A stretch of 64,000 bases of DNA from Octopus sinensis. Lineage: Eukaryota. The translations under genes and the position numbers were made by a program. Positions 35,821 to 49,615 of this stretch are shown piece after piece. The stretch spans positions 2,914,001-2,978,000 of the forward strand of contig NC_043004.1 of the NCBI RefSeq assembly GCF_006345805.1, written 5' to 3'. The notes beneath the pieces were generated by a model, which saw only the letters and a program-made list of their open reading frames with translations, was not told the origin of the DNA and made no database searches. How positions within the stretch are numbered: position 1 is the stretch's first letter; every line of letters begins with the position of its first letter.

Positions 35821-37037
35821 TTACACTGCTGGGTTCCAATTCTGCTTGTTTCCTGGTTAACCGAATATCACCGCGACACAACTAACAATATGTAGTGTAA
35901 CAGAGTTAAAAGTTAGGAATTACGTTGAAATGGTTGGTCAAATATCGAAGCTGATGCGGGTATTGTTTTGTTAATGAATGAGAAGAACCCAGTTGTTGAG
36001 TTGTTCATTTTTTAACAGGGATCAGCCATCAAATGTTGATAAGCAGCCATGTTTCTTTTGTTACTCTGATTGTTGTTTATAATATTGTTATCCTTGAGGC
36101 TTTTGTTTTGCTTCGTTTCTCTAAATTCATTGGCTGCAAGCTTTTGAGAAGTGAAAACGAAGGATGTTATTAAATAAACAGTCCGAGAAACTTTACAATT
36201 TTAGAAGCAAATTAGAAGCATTCGCTTTTTAGATATTTTGAATATTTTAGCAACAATAGATGATTCCGAACATTTAATCTATTATTTCCTGTTCCAATTA
36301 GAAAGACAGTGGTAGGGAGTGACTAATTGAATTGATCTTTTACAACTTCGTTCAGCTTAACAGCAAATCGTTTCATCCGGATATTGATCTCTTCATATAG
36401 GCAGGTACAGCAGCTTCAACTGTTCTCACATATTCCGTACCATTCTCGCATATCATAGGAAAAAGCTTAAATTCAATGATTCGAGACTTCATTCTCAGAA
36501 AAACCAAAAACAAAAGAAGAGATGCCGTTAACGTCTCAATAATGGCTTTTCTCATTTTGTTGTAGAAAAATCTCTCTAAACGATTGCAGTATGTCATTAA
36601 ATAAAGCTTTACATGGCTTTCCAAAAGAATCAAAATTTTGTGTTTCATTTTCATTAAAATTTTTATATATAAAACTATTTAATTTTGATGGCTTCATCAA
36701 AGAAGGAAGGGCTGCACCCATGGACGTTGTTCAGGGCAACTGAAAGTGGATAGGAAATGAAAGGATGACAGCATCACTCGCCGATTATTTGCAGCCTTCG
36801 AACGTCTCCCTCCATCTTTTGGGGAAATATTCCACGTTTGGAAATTTTTGTTTCTATGTTTTTGTTTTGTTAATTTATTGTTTACACGCCTTCATGCCAC
36901 CCTACCTCGTATTGTTTCGCTTTCTACCATCCTCAATCTGTAAACCTTTAGAGGTTCTTTTAGAAATCATCAACATCATCAGCAGCAGCAGCAGCAGAAG
37001 CAACAGAAACAGCAACAACAGCAGCAACAGCAGCCGC

Positions 37038-37092
<55 letters not shown>

Positions 37093-37112
37093 ATGGTGGT
37101 GGTGGTGGTGGT

Positions 37113-37255
37113 GGCGAGCTGGCAGAACTGTTAGGAAGTCAGACAAACTGCTTAGCAACATTTCTCACTTGTAACATTCTGATTTCAAATTCCGCCGAAG
37201 TCGACTTTGCTTTTCATCCTTTCGGGACAGATAAGACAAGTACCAGTTGAGTATT
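37113..37255 (+). mobile_element. SINE family A, 3'-truncated by the adjacent LINE fragment
   Basis: ggcgagctggcagaa..ttcaaattccgccgaagtcgactttgc..aagtaccagttgagtatt. Confidence 0.75.
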
Positions 37256-37520
37256 TGCTCCCTTCACGTATAGATGATCAGTGTCCGCACATGGATGATG
37301 GACTCCATGCATCGTTAGGAGCTTTCTCGATTTCCTGTCCATAACCTTTATCTCCTCCTCTGTTGGCTTCAGGATTCCTGTGCCATACCAAACTACTGCA
37401 ACTGCTTGCGAGTTTATTGCTGAAATTATGTTTGTGGCATTCAGCTTTGAAGCCAATATTTCTCTCACTCGCCGCAGGTACTCTTTCTTTGTCTTTTCCT
37501 TCGTGTCATTATGTTTAATT
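37256..37520 (-). mobile_element. Internal (post-RT) fragment of an R4/Dong-like LINE
   Basis: KEYLRRVREILASKLNATNIISAINSQAVAVVWYGTGILK.TEEEIKVMDRKSRKLLTMHGVHHPCADTDHLYVK, a pattern typical of R4/Dong ORFs. Confidence 0.75.
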
Positions 37521-37539
37521 CATTATTATTATTATTATT

Positions 37540-38127
37540 GCCTTTGCACAGCTACTAACGCTGGAGATGTATTACAATATCAGCTACTCATTACCAGTGA
37601 ACTAAGGTAACACCTCTTATTTTTCGAGCACCTTCCGGAGTATTCGAGCGGTTCCAAGCAGTGCTGTTTTCTGCAAGTGCAGGCCCTTATTGCAGCTCCT
37701 ATTTGTTCTATGTACTCCTCAAGATATTTGCTCACTGTTCCCAGGGCTCCTATAATTATTGGTACTACTACCACCTTTTTCATCGACCACAAATGCTTTA
37801 CCTCCCAAGCTAACCTGTCATATTTTTCGACTTTTCTTTCTTCCTTATCGCATACCTTGTTGTCAGCTGGGCATGCTATATCTATCATCCAGCATAGTTT
37901 GTCTTCTTTCTCAAGACTATGTCTGGCTTCCTATTCTCTATCTCATGGTCGCACTGAATCATAAAATCCCACAGGATCTTTGCATTATCATTTTCTATGA
38001 TGCCTTCGGGTTTGTGGTCGTACAAATTTCTTGCTCTGTCAAGTCCATACTTGTTTCAAAGTGTCCAATGGACAAACCTTGCTATATATATATTATATTC
38101 CTGCTGCGCTAGTGGCGTACATGGCGT
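37540..38127 (-). mobile_element. 3' end of an R4/Dong-like LINE with restriction-like endonuclease (frameshifted), flanked by (TAA)n
   Basis: CTPLAQQEY..VHW..KILWDFMIQCDHEIENRKPDIV / WMIDIACPADNKV..KVEKYDRLAWEVKHLW..VVVPIIIGALGTV / HLQKTALLGTARILRKVLEK*. TAA repeats lie at both ends. Confidence 0.85.
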
Positions 38128-38322
38128 ATTACTATTACTATTATTATTATTAAATATATATAAAGGATTGAGGTAACTCCTCCTGAAGATATAGAGTCAA
38201 AAATTAAAAGGAGAGTGCCATTGTTATCTAGTGAACGATATTTCGACATCTCGTGTGTCTTCAACTGGTTCAAAAATAATAATAATATTAATAATGATAA
38301 TAATAATAATAATAATAATAAT

Positions 38323-38388
<66 letters not shown>

Positions 38389-39987
38389 TATTATTATTAT
38401 TATCATTATTGTTATTCGTTTGTAAAATAAACACTTCTCGAGCTAGTACAGCGATAAATAGAAAATTATCGCCTAGGCGCAAGTGTCAGATAATAGCCGA
38501 TCTTGAATTACTGCTGCTACTGTGTAAGGTGACCGACGAACAAAACCATCGTCAACGACAGTGGATTTACAGCTTGTGTTTACATTTCTTTTCTATCTTC
38601 AAAGAAACTCGCGAACAGAAACTACACTTGAAGGGCAAGATGTGACTGATCTGGCCATAGAAGACGACTTACTTGAACAAGATTTTTTTTCTCTCTCTTT
38701 TTTTTTTTTCTTTTTTCTGTGCCTTTTTTTTTTTTTTTTCCTTCCTTCCTGAAACCGGTTTTTCTCCACGCTGATGGTGCCGCTAAATCAATCGGATCGC
38801 TACAAGATCAACGGAGATATGCACACTTCTTACTTCCTTTATTGCTTCCGTTCTAATACCGGATACTCACTCATTATGGGGCACAAAATATCTTTTATTA
38901 TCTGTTCCAAACCAAACAGCGGCTTGTTGGTTTCCCTGCTTTCAATCTTTTCTTTTCCTCCACCTCACCGTCCTTAGACTTCTTTTTAACAACTTACACA
39001 TCAGTTTAAACAGCTTAATTGTTCTGTAATTATTAAACAGTATTCTTTAAGCCGTACCTCACTTCTCTTTGGTGATGTTTTCCTTCCTCTATTTGATTTA
39101 CTTACCTACAGGTGTTCCCCCGTTTGATGGGTTTATTTAGTTAACTTACTTTAGAATCGCTTACCAAGTTTGTACTCGCTCTTGCTCATACAGTTAATCT
39201 TTTTGGTCCGTAGAGGAAATTAAAAGAACAACAAAAAGAAGCAAGGCAGGTAATGTGAACGAAAGAGACCAACAACAAAACTCAAGTAATATTTTTTAGT
39301 TCGGGAGACAAAATTGCTTTTGACTTAGAGATCGAAAAACAAAATTTTAACAATATGCTGTAAAATAATCTATCTGTGTCGAATTTACTTATCTTTTTTT
39401 TTTCCAATAAAGAGGAAACACAGAATTTTCGGATATGTTTGTTCATTAAGGTCAGTGCAGAAACAATAATAAATTACAAAAAAAAAAAAAAGAAATGGCA
39501 AGAGAGAGTGAGAAAGAGAGAGGACAGAAGGCAGTGGGAGGGGTAAAATGTTACTGACTGGTGAGTCGGAAATGGATATAGATATGTATATCAGTAGGTG
39601 AATCGAATTGAATTTACATAAATATGTATGCATATGTCTGAAGCATTTTACACACACACACACATATGTAAACTTATATATATATATATATATATATATA
39701 CATACATACACAACAAATCGTCCAGATATATACATACTTACACACATATATATATACATGTATATGTATATATATGCGCACGTATTTTTTTGTGTGTGTG
39801 TGTGTGTTACATTGCTCGATAGAATGAAAGCGGAAGTCGACAAAAATTGAACTTCGACGCAAAGGAACATAAATAAATATCTCAAAGCAATTTGTTCGTC
39901 TCACAATACGCCCTGTTTGTGCCCATGCAAACATGAAGCTCTCTCTCTCTCTCTCTCTCTCTCTTCCTCTTTCTCTCTCTTTCATAT

Positions 39988-40025
<38 letters not shown>

Positions 40026-40103
40026 TATATATATTTATATATACATATATATACATACACATATATACATACATATATATACATACATACATATATATAT
40101 ATA

Positions 40104-40216
40104 CGAGGGGTGTATTAACAAATAAATATATGTCTGTGAATCTGAGAGGGGAATATATTGCATAAAATCATAATTAACTGATTCTCTAGTATTTTCTTTT
40201 AGCCAAAGCCAGGAAC

Positions 40217-40219
<3 letters not shown>
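40104..40219 (-). mobile_element. Internally deleted mariner-type MITE in (TA)n
   Basis: Begins TA|cgaggggtg. The body matches 10075-10120 in reverse. Confidence 0.55.
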
Positions 40220-40267
<48 letters not shown>

Positions 40268-40384
40268 TATATAATGTGTGTGTGTGTGTGTGTGTGTTGT
40301 GCGCGTATAACTAGTAATTTCTGTGCTTTATTATTGAATTCTACTGGAAGTTTTAAAACAAACTGACATATATGTATCTATATG

Positions 40385-40471
<87 letters not shown>

Positions 40472-40965
40472 GTGTGTGTGAATCTATATGGGAAAGAGAT
40501 AATTCTCAGTAATATTCTCTGTGTTGCTGCAAGAAGCATTATTAAAACTTACTTAGCCTAAGCAAAAGTATAAACAAACACACGCACACACACATACACA
40601 CGCACACACACACATACATCTCTTCAAAATGATTCTTTTATCGTCTAGGTGGAGGGAGAGAAAGAGCAACGGCCGTGACACTTTTTTTTACAGCCACATA
40701 GACTGCTGCGAGGAATATATTCTCGAACAGGAAACCCGGACCAAGTACTTGCAACAAAACATTCCACTGAAGACACACACTTGTACACACATTGTCTCAC
40801 AAACACGCTCATACTATCACACACATACAGACACATAGATACATCCCTCTCTCTTGTTCTCTCTCTCGCTCTCTTTTTGTTACACACACGTATACATAGA
40901 CACCACACCCACCGCCAATCACACCTACAGGCACACACTTGGATGTGTGCATGGATATTTTATTT

Positions 40966-41191
40966 TACTCTTTTAATTGTTTCAGTCATTTGACTGCGGC
41001 CATGATACAGCACTGCCTTTAGTCGAGCAAATCAACCCCAGGGCTTATTCTTTGTAAGCTTAGTACTTATTCTATCCGTCTGTTTTGCCGAACGGCTAAG
41101 TTACGGGGACGTAAACATACCAGCATTGGTTGTCAAGCGATGTTGGTGGGGGGACAAACACAGACACACCAACATATACACACATACACCC

Positions 41192-41226
<35 letters not shown>

Positions 41227-41392
41227 CACGACAGGCTTCTTTCAGTTTCCATCTACGAAATCCACTCACAAGGCTTTGGTAGGCCCGAGGCTATAGTAGA
41301 AGACACTTGCCCAAGGTGCAACGCAGTGAGACTGAACCCGGAACCATGTGGCTGGTAAACAAGCTACTTACCAGAGAGCCACTCCTACGCCT
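40966..41392 (-). mobile_element. SINE family B, full length
   Basis: All modules are present, with an internal CA/TA tract. Confidence 0.9.
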
Positions 41393-41832
41393 CTGTGTAC
41401 AATGCAATAAAACGTGGAATTTCGTTTTGATAGGAATTGTACAATAGCTACTGACAAAAAAGACTAATAGACTGTTAAAAGCCCGGAGCTTTATTAGAAA
41501 ACAATTGGGAAATTATAGCATGAAATCCATATGTTAATATTTGCATATGAATTTTATACAACTGCCTTCTCTCTCCTCTCCCTTTCTCTTTCTCTCTCCT
41601 TTTGCCTCTTTCACTTCGTGATTGGCACAACAAACAAATCTAATTGTATGTGCATACGAATTAGTATAAACATGCCAGTGTGGGTTGCCGTATCTCTGTT
41701 ACGAAGCTGTAACTATTGAAATTCTTATTATCAATTGTTATGGTAGTTACAAGATTTTATTATATTCTTTATTCTTTTAGTCAAAACTATTTTTACGTGG
41801 TTCAGGGGATTTGTTTAATACACACCAAAATA

Positions 41833-42074
41833 CATTATGTACATTATTTACATTTGACTGATATTTGTCCTCATCTTCTTTGGTGTTAACACAACGTTTT
41901 GGCTGATATACCCTCCAGCCTTCATCAGGTGTCTTGGGGAAATTTCGAACCTGGGTTTTCATTCCTAAGGTATTTTTCGATGTTATCATTATTAAGGTCA
42001 CTGCCTGGAATCGAACTCGGAGTTAGTAGTCCGCGCTCTTAACCACTACGCCGTATGCCTGTGGGCTTATAGAG
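41833..42074 (-). mobile_element. SINE family D copy 3 (tRNA head + hammerhead segment) with 12-bp TSD
   Basis: A box CGGCGTAGTGG (42053-42043), B box GAGTTCGATTCC (42018-42007), hammerhead motif, and TSD cacaccaaaata at 41821-41832 and 42075-42086. Confidence 0.9.
41888..41933 (-). ncRNA. Minimal type I hammerhead motif (G12A variant)
   Basis: gacac CTGATGA a ggctgg agggtata tcagcc aAAA cg T T gtgtt: 5-bp stem I, 6-bp stem II, and an ACGU palindrome in place of stem III. Confidence 0.7.
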
Positions 42075-44053
42075 CACACCAAAATAATATATACAAATTG
42101 TTGAATTCTTCATTCAGCGACATTCACCAAACGCACTGATCAAAGGAACACTGGCTTGACCGATGTGTTTCAAGTGGATGTCCAGTCTATATAGCTTATT
42201 TTCTTTTTTTAATTTTATCGTATACTTTTTATTTGTTTATTTTTGGTAAGCTGTTCTCGAAAATATGCTAATTATGCACCACCACATTATACATATAATT
42301 AATGATTCTCAGAGAACTATTTCAGGAATTACAATGAAATCGGAACTATGCTGAAAAAGTCTGATATGAGCGGAACTTTCCCGGAATTAGCTCCCTTTTT
42401 CGTCGCAATAATAAAATCTACATCAGTTACTTGACATATATTGTCTTTTTCTCACAGCATACCTATTTCTAGTTCGCTCGACAGTATTTACTTTACATAA
42501 GGTAACACTAACTTGACTATTGTTTTATATGCAGGATGGCGACCCTAGTTACATTTTCTCTATTATTCACTGTTGACAGACTTTCCGTTTAACATTTACT
42601 ATACTGATCAGTGAAACAACAAATAGTAGTAAGCAAAGTGTTTTAAAAAGACACATATTGTGTCACTCACGCTAAGCATTATGTTAACGTTGTACATGTC
42701 TATGGAATACTCAGCCTCGGGTATGAGAGGCATGCAACGAAGTTTGATCAGTTATATTAACTGGTGGGAATTGGAATTATAACATTCGTGCCTTCATTGA
42801 AAGAGTCTGTGATAAAGCTGCTACCACTGGGAATCGAACCTGAGTGGAAAGCTTGACTTATGCCTATTTAATTTCCATAAAATATCCATTGTATTGGTTA
42901 TTTGGAAAGAGAAATCTTCTGAACGACCTGCTTTCAACAATAACATCACTCCATCAGCCTCGTTTGCTTACGTACGTCTGCATCAAACATCATAAAATGT
43001 TCTACGCAAACATTTTCCTTATCAACCATGGCGAGAAATATTACTTCTTTGACGCTTTCAAAAAAAAAAAATTCTTAAACCAACTGGATTTAGAGGCACT
43101 TGTTTATCAACCTCGATGTTACGACAGATGAAGTCGAGCTTAAAGCGTAAATGGAGATAACCCAATGCAACACCGGTTTCTGTTCGAATCATGTTTGACA
43201 ACCTCGGAATCCTACAGATAATTTCTTTTATTTGGCGCAAGAGAAGACATTACAAGGGTAAATTTCAAAAATAGGGATGCTTCCAGGTTAAATTTTTTTT
43301 TTTTTAAATCTTAGTAAACAAAAGCATAGAAAAAGAATGATATTCGTTGTTTGAGTAGGGGCAACCACCTTTGGTAAATAAAAACCTCCAAACATCAGGA
43401 TTACCCACTCTAATAAGGATAAGTACAGAACTAGGGATAAATAATATTTCCTCCTTATCCGCTCTTCGATAAGTGCTTCAGGCAAAGAGGAATTTCCTTT
43501 GCTCACACATTACTGCCATTTCGTTTCTTTACAAGTTCGCTGATATTCATTCCATCTAAAGAACGCTATCATTTATTAAAATGAGCTTACATTTTACCTT
43601 TGGCAAAATGTGCAAGAGTGATGTTGTTGTTAGACTTATCGTTCATATTAGCAAATTGATGTTTTTAACTATCAAAATACCATATTTTTTCTCGATTGGA
43701 GCTTGGGGTTATTATTGTGAAATTAAATGCGTTTATTTTTTATATGTCCGTATAATGACATTAATTTCAATTTTCTTTTGAGACTTTTGTTCTCTGACTC
43801 GAAACCATTTTGAATCGAAATGTAAAATGAAACATAAATATTACATTCGAGGGATGATAGAGCTTTCGTATGCTCCTAATTCCAATAGACGTCCAGCGTG
43901 CTCTAGAAGCTCCTCTGTGGATAAATTATCTGAAAGAATTTTTTTTTCCTTCTGGTGTGCTTGCTGAAAATTTTCCAAACTACTCGGGGCCCGAAGGAAA
44001 AAAACACCTTTACATACTGCAGCATTCAATACTACTACTACTACTATTATTAT

Positions 44054-44085
<32 letters not shown>

Positions 44086-44124
44086 ATAATAATAATAATA
44101 ATAATAATTAATAATCCTTTCTGC

Positions 44125-44290
44125 TAGTCGATTACAACAACCCCAGTATTTCACTGGTACTTTATCGACTCAGAAAGGATGAAAGGCAAAGTCGACCTTG
44201 GTGGAATTTGAACTCAGAAAGTAAGGAGACGGAATAAAAAATTCTAAGATTTTTGGACGACGTCCGAATGATTCCACCAGCCCACCGACA
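44125..44290 (-). mobile_element. Old SINE family A copy
   Basis: gaaaggatgaaaggcaaagtcgaccttggtggaatttgaactcagaa on the + strand. Confidence 0.75.
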
Positions 44291-45189
44291 AAACTACAAT
44301 TCCTACCCTTGGCTCACGAAATATTAAAATGCAGAATGGCTACCAATGAATTCGAACATTTAGTAACAAAAACATTTAATTTGCTTCATAATCGCTTCAT
44401 TTCATTTTGCTTATCTCCACATCGACTGGATGCTTGATTCCAAGATGAGGAAAAGTCTTTTAAAAGAATTATCCAGAACCTTCTCAATGAAAGGATTTTA
44501 CTGGAATCAGTGTCAAAACTTTCAAAATTAAATCAAGAAATCTTTCACAACCAGACGTAGCTTGCTACGTCTGTTTTTGTTCAAGAAGAGCCTCGCTTTG
44601 CTTTTCCGTTTCTTTCTCCTTTTTATACTTTTCCTTTCGGTCCCTGGGCAAATATCACCAAAGAAAAAAAAACAGAATGAATGAGTAAAATATAACAAAA
44701 AATGCTGCCAATAGTTTAAAAAACGATGGAGAAGAGGGACATGTAAAAAAAAAATATAAAACTGAATGGATAAAAACAGAGAAGAGAGCGGGGTAGATTT
44801 GAAGGAGTGCACCAGTGTAACAAACTAGCTGGAAGCATTGAATAGGTGAAGTTAAAGAGGAGAGGGATTTGTAGAACGATTGCTGAAGGAATAGCGGGGG
44901 GATATATAAAGGCAATATCTGTTGACAATAGACTGAACTCTCCCAGCTGAAAAAAAGAAAAGAAAGGGGTGTAAGAAAGAGAAACGATTAAATCGGCTTC
45001 GCTTGACTATTGTGTTGTTTAAGAGTTGAATCGTTGTGGAGCAACAACTAGTTTGCTGCGATGGTGGGGTAGTGGTGGTGATATATATATATATAAAAGA
45101 GACAGCACAGCTAATATCTGGCGGCTAGACGTGTCAACAGCAAACAGAAACAGGCCTAGTTTCACAGTTGGAGAATAATAATAATACTT

Positions 45190-45482
45190 TTGGAAGAAGA
45201 AGAAGAAAGAAGAAAGAGAAGAAGAAGAAGAAGAAAGAGAAGAGAAAGAAGAAGAAGAGGAGGAGGAGGAGAAGAAGACGAAGAAGAAGAAGAGGAGGGG
45301 GAGGGGGAGAAGAAGAAGAAGACGAAGAAGAAGAAAGAGAAGAGAAAGAAGAAGAAGAAGAAGAGGAGGGGAGGAGACGAAGAAGAAGAAAGAAGAAAAA
45401 GAAGAGGAGAAGAAGAAGAAAGTGAAGAAGAAGAAGAAGAAAAGAAGAAGAAGAAGAAGAAGAAGGAGAAGAAGGAAGACAA
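45190..45482. repeat. Polypurine (GAA/GAG)n tract
   Basis: Almost purely purine for ~290 bp. Confidence 0.95.
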
Positions 45483-46600
45483 ATAATCTATATATAAACA
45501 CATAAATACAGCCCACGCGCATATTGTGTAGAGTTGATGGCTATAACCCGGTCCTTCAATTCGTCAACAAGGATTTCTTACATAGGCGCAAGGCAGCATT
45601 TATTTATATTTGGGCTGAAGAGGAAATGGGATGTGGTGGTATTCATGCCTACACTGAAGCCTATAAGCAGGGAAATAGAATGGGGTATATTTTAATCTAA
45701 GCACAATAGCTTTTGTTGGTGATACAAGAGAAAACGAATTGAGTGAGATAAGTCATTGAAATTGCATCGTGGCTAGACAGGAGACCTTTTTTCTGTAACT
45801 CTAACAATACAATTCTTACGTCTATGTGTGTGTGTGTTTGAATTCATATAAATACACACACACACATGCATACATACATGTATACATACATGCATACATG
45901 ATTTACGCATTCGCCACCACAACTTCGTTTAGGCTTAGCAGCCCTTCCCGTTTGTTTTCACTGTCCTGTTTGCGTTACCAATTTTGACCCTCCGCAAAAT
46001 CCCAAATTTTATTTAGTTTGCTTTGCAGGAGTAACTGTTTTATCGAAAGCGTATATTGTTGTTAAATGCTCGAAATACGACAGCAGAAAAAAAAAAACAG
46101 CCAACAACGGATGAAGGGTTGTTCTTTATGTTGTTTGTCTTGTTTTTCATTTGTTTCTTTCGTTGTTCGAAAAAATTATTCATATTCAAAGTACTCGTAC
46201 TTCGTATTTTTTGTTGTACACGCTTCATGACGTCCTGTGCCCACATATACTCTTTTACTCTTTAACTTGTTTCAGTCATTTGACTGTGATCATGCGCTTA
46301 CCCTAGAGTGTTTACCACAACCGCATATAACAATACTGACTGGATTCATGTAAGGCCAGGAAGAGATCCTCTTCGTTGTTGCTCGAACCGCTAGAGATAG
46401 AAGCCAAAACTTTCCTAAGTCAAACTCCATCGACCTACATAAAGGGTCACATAAGGTAATCTATTCCTACATGCTTTACTAGATGTGATGGCCATGGTAA
46501 GACTTTATTTACTCATAGATCTGCTCGATGAAGCGTATCTAAAAACTGAGCTATAACAGCAACACATCATGTTGACCAATTCAGAATTGCAATGCCCAAT

Positions 46601-46786
46601 AAGGTGGGCGAAATGCTTAACAGCATTTCGTCTGTGTTTACGTTCTGAGTTCAAATTCCGCCGAGCTCGACTTTACCTTTCATCCTTTCGGGATCGATAA
46701 ATCAATTACCAGTTGCGTACTGGGGTCGATCTAATCGACAGGCCCCCACCACCAAAATTTCGGGCCTTGTGCCTAGAGTGGAAAAT
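46601..46786 (+). mobile_element. SINE family A monomer with partial head deletion and degenerate TSD
   Basis: TSD-like aattgcaatgcccaat (46585-46600) and aattggaatgctcaat (46787-46802). Confidence 0.85.
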
Positions 46787-48512
46787 AATTGGAATGCTCA
46801 ATGGCATTAATTTGACAGTGCAGTTTCAAATCCTGGCGGAAATTATTTCATTCGGTTGAAGTTACTTAAGTGTTTGAGAATTCCCCTAAAACGTAAAACC
46901 AAATTTGTCGAGGGATGCTTATCAAGAAATCAGTACATAACACCAGTAGCTATGTGATGAAAAGTAAAATTCACCATAGCCGTATTCGATCTCAAGACGC
47001 AGAGGAGACAAACTAAATACTATAAAGGGCTTAAGCATGAACCTCAACCATTCCCACTGACTTGTCGTCCTCTGTCCTCTTAAAATAGAAGGACTTTGTG
47101 CGAAATCAAAGGAAACTCATAACAATAATTTATTTCTAAATCTATTTGTAATTTTAATCTTTCTGAAATAAAAATAAAAATAAACGATTTTTTTTAATAT
47201 AAGAAATCGAAACTAAGCAAATATAATTATTTAAAATTCTTTGTTTAAATTTTTTTACTTTTTAAAAAAATCTGTCTGGAAACACTTGTTTTTATTTTCA
47301 TTTTCATTTAGTTTTGCTCTGCCTGTTTTTGAGTATTTTTGATGTTGTGCTTAAGTTTACAAAATAATAATAATAATAATAAAATAAAAATAAAAGCAAA
47401 CTGCTAATTTTTTGAAAATTCATTAATTCGATTCTATTTTGATAGACATTAAAAAAATGTTTCGTATATTCGTTGTTAATACACCGAGATTGTGTTTGTA
47501 CGTAGTATTACGAAGACACAGTATAACGATTGGTTGAGAAATGGCAGTGCATTTAATAAGATTGGAAATAAACTGGCAAACCACTTTTTTTTTCTTCTTT
47601 TTGTAAATCGGAATCAAATATTGATTTATTTATTTATTATAGAGCAAGCCTTGTGAATTTCATCGAAAAAAATATATTCACCAATTATTAGATCGAATTG
47701 AAAATCAGATATTTTATATAACGATTTTCCCCACAGGTAATTTTCCGTTTAATTGCATCTTTTCTCCCTCTTTCTTCTTTTCTAAAATACTCTCCCCCCC
47801 TCTCTCTCTCTCACTCTCTTTCCCTATCTGGCTCCCTTCTATCTATTTCTTATTTAAATATATCCCTGATTTTCTCCTTCCCTAAACGCAAAAATATCAA
47901 CTTCTTTCTTTTCAATTAATCCACTTCCTCTTAATAGAGAGAGGGAGGAAGAGAGAGAGAGAGAGAGGGAGAGAGAGAGAAAGAGTGAGTGAGAGAGGAA
48001 GAGGAAAAATATGTGGAGTTTATATAGAAACAGAGAGAGGGGAGCAAAGGAAGCGAAAATTATAAAGGGATGGAAGGGGAAGGAGGCCGGGTCAGGTGAA
48101 AATGATGATAAGATTTATGTAGGTAAGTAATTCTGAGATAATCGATGAAATTCGTCATCGTTATTTACGATTCTCTCCTAAACTATAATTACAGTAGAAT
48201 TATCGATTAAGCGGTGCCTCTCTACTGCAGTAACATGCTGACTGAAGATTTCTGAGAAACATGGAAACTAGCAATTAAGTTCAACACTATCAGTTGATAA
48301 ACGTTATGTACTATTTCCAAAATACATATCCGTTTCCGGTTGTAGCGTGTTATAATACCTGGGAAACGTATAATGCTTGGGTTTCTACTTTCACTTTTAC
48401 GTGTAAGTAAGATTCTAGGCGCTTTTACGGGTGGAAAAATAAAAAATCATAAACATCTGTGACTTTACAGCGTATTGTTGTTGTTGTTGTTCTTCTTCAT
48501 CTTCTTTTTCAT

Positions 48513-48551
<39 letters not shown>

Positions 48552-48613
48552 TAACTATTATTATTATTATTAGTAGTAGTAGTAGTAGTGGTAGTAGTAG
48601 TAGTAGTAGTAGT

Positions 48614-48648
<35 letters not shown>

Positions 48649-48649
48649 T

Positions 48650-49029
48650 AAGGTAGTGAGCTTGCAGAAACGTTAGCACGCTGGGCGAAATGCGTAGCCG
48701 TATTTCGTCTGCCGTTACGTTCTGAGTTCAAATTCCGCCGAGGTCGACTTTGCCTTTCATCCTTTCGGGGTCGATAAATTAAGTACCAGTTACGCACTGG
48801 GGTCGATGGGGTCTGCCCTTGTTTGTCCTCTCTGTGTTTAGCCCCTTGTGGGTAGTAAAGCAATACGTATTTCGCCTGCCGCTACGTTCTAAGTTCAAAT
48901 TCCACCGAGGTCGACTTTGCCTTTCATCTTTTCGAGGTTGATAAATTAAGTATCAATTTTTACTGGAGTCGATCAAATCGACTGGTGCCCCGCTCCCTAA
49001 AAGTTTCGGACCCTGTACCTAGAGTAGAA

Positions 49030-49030
<1 letters not shown>
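48650..49030 (+). mobile_element. SINE family A dimer
   Basis: Head-core-linker-core-tail, between (TAG)n and (TTA)n. Confidence 0.9.
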
Positions 49031-49076
<46 letters not shown>

Positions 49077-49615
49077 CATTATGGCCTTGTTTAACATTAT
49101 GATCATTATTATCAACAATATCTTCATTGTTATTGTGGTTATTTACGTAGTTGTCGTTGTTTTTGTTGTTTGTGGTCGTGGTGGTTTGATCTTCAAGGCT
49201 CTAGATTCTACCAAATTTCAAATATAGGCATGAAAAATAGCTTCTTAGCTATATTTTCAATAAGTGTGCTGGAAGTCTGCTCATAAGTTATAGACGGAGA
49301 AAAAGGAAAGCTGCTGGGCAATTTCTCTTCTTAATTTTCTCAACAAAAAATATAGAAAATGCCTTCCAGAGATAACGAAAACAAATACAAATAAAACAGT
49401 GAGAAAATGAGCGAGAATGTTTATTGAATGGAAAGACACGAATTTTTAGCAGCAAAACAACAAGAATACTTCCATACATACACATAAGCTTTGATAGAAG
49501 AAAAAACGCTGGTAATGTGAATGGAACACCAAGTCTGCGCTTTTCAAACATGATTTCGAAACGGGGAACTGAAGACTTGCAACATTTAGAAGAAAAACAA
49601 CACCCATCGTTATGT

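Noticed and set aside
36373-36654. Membrane-protein-like minus-strand ORF
   Set aside because: The hydrophobic stretch derives from a T-rich tract and there is no homology evidence.
44552-44573. Perfect 10-bp hairpin cagacgtagc-tt-gctacgtctg as a Helitron 3' end
   Set aside because: No CTRR terminus at the expected distance on either strand.
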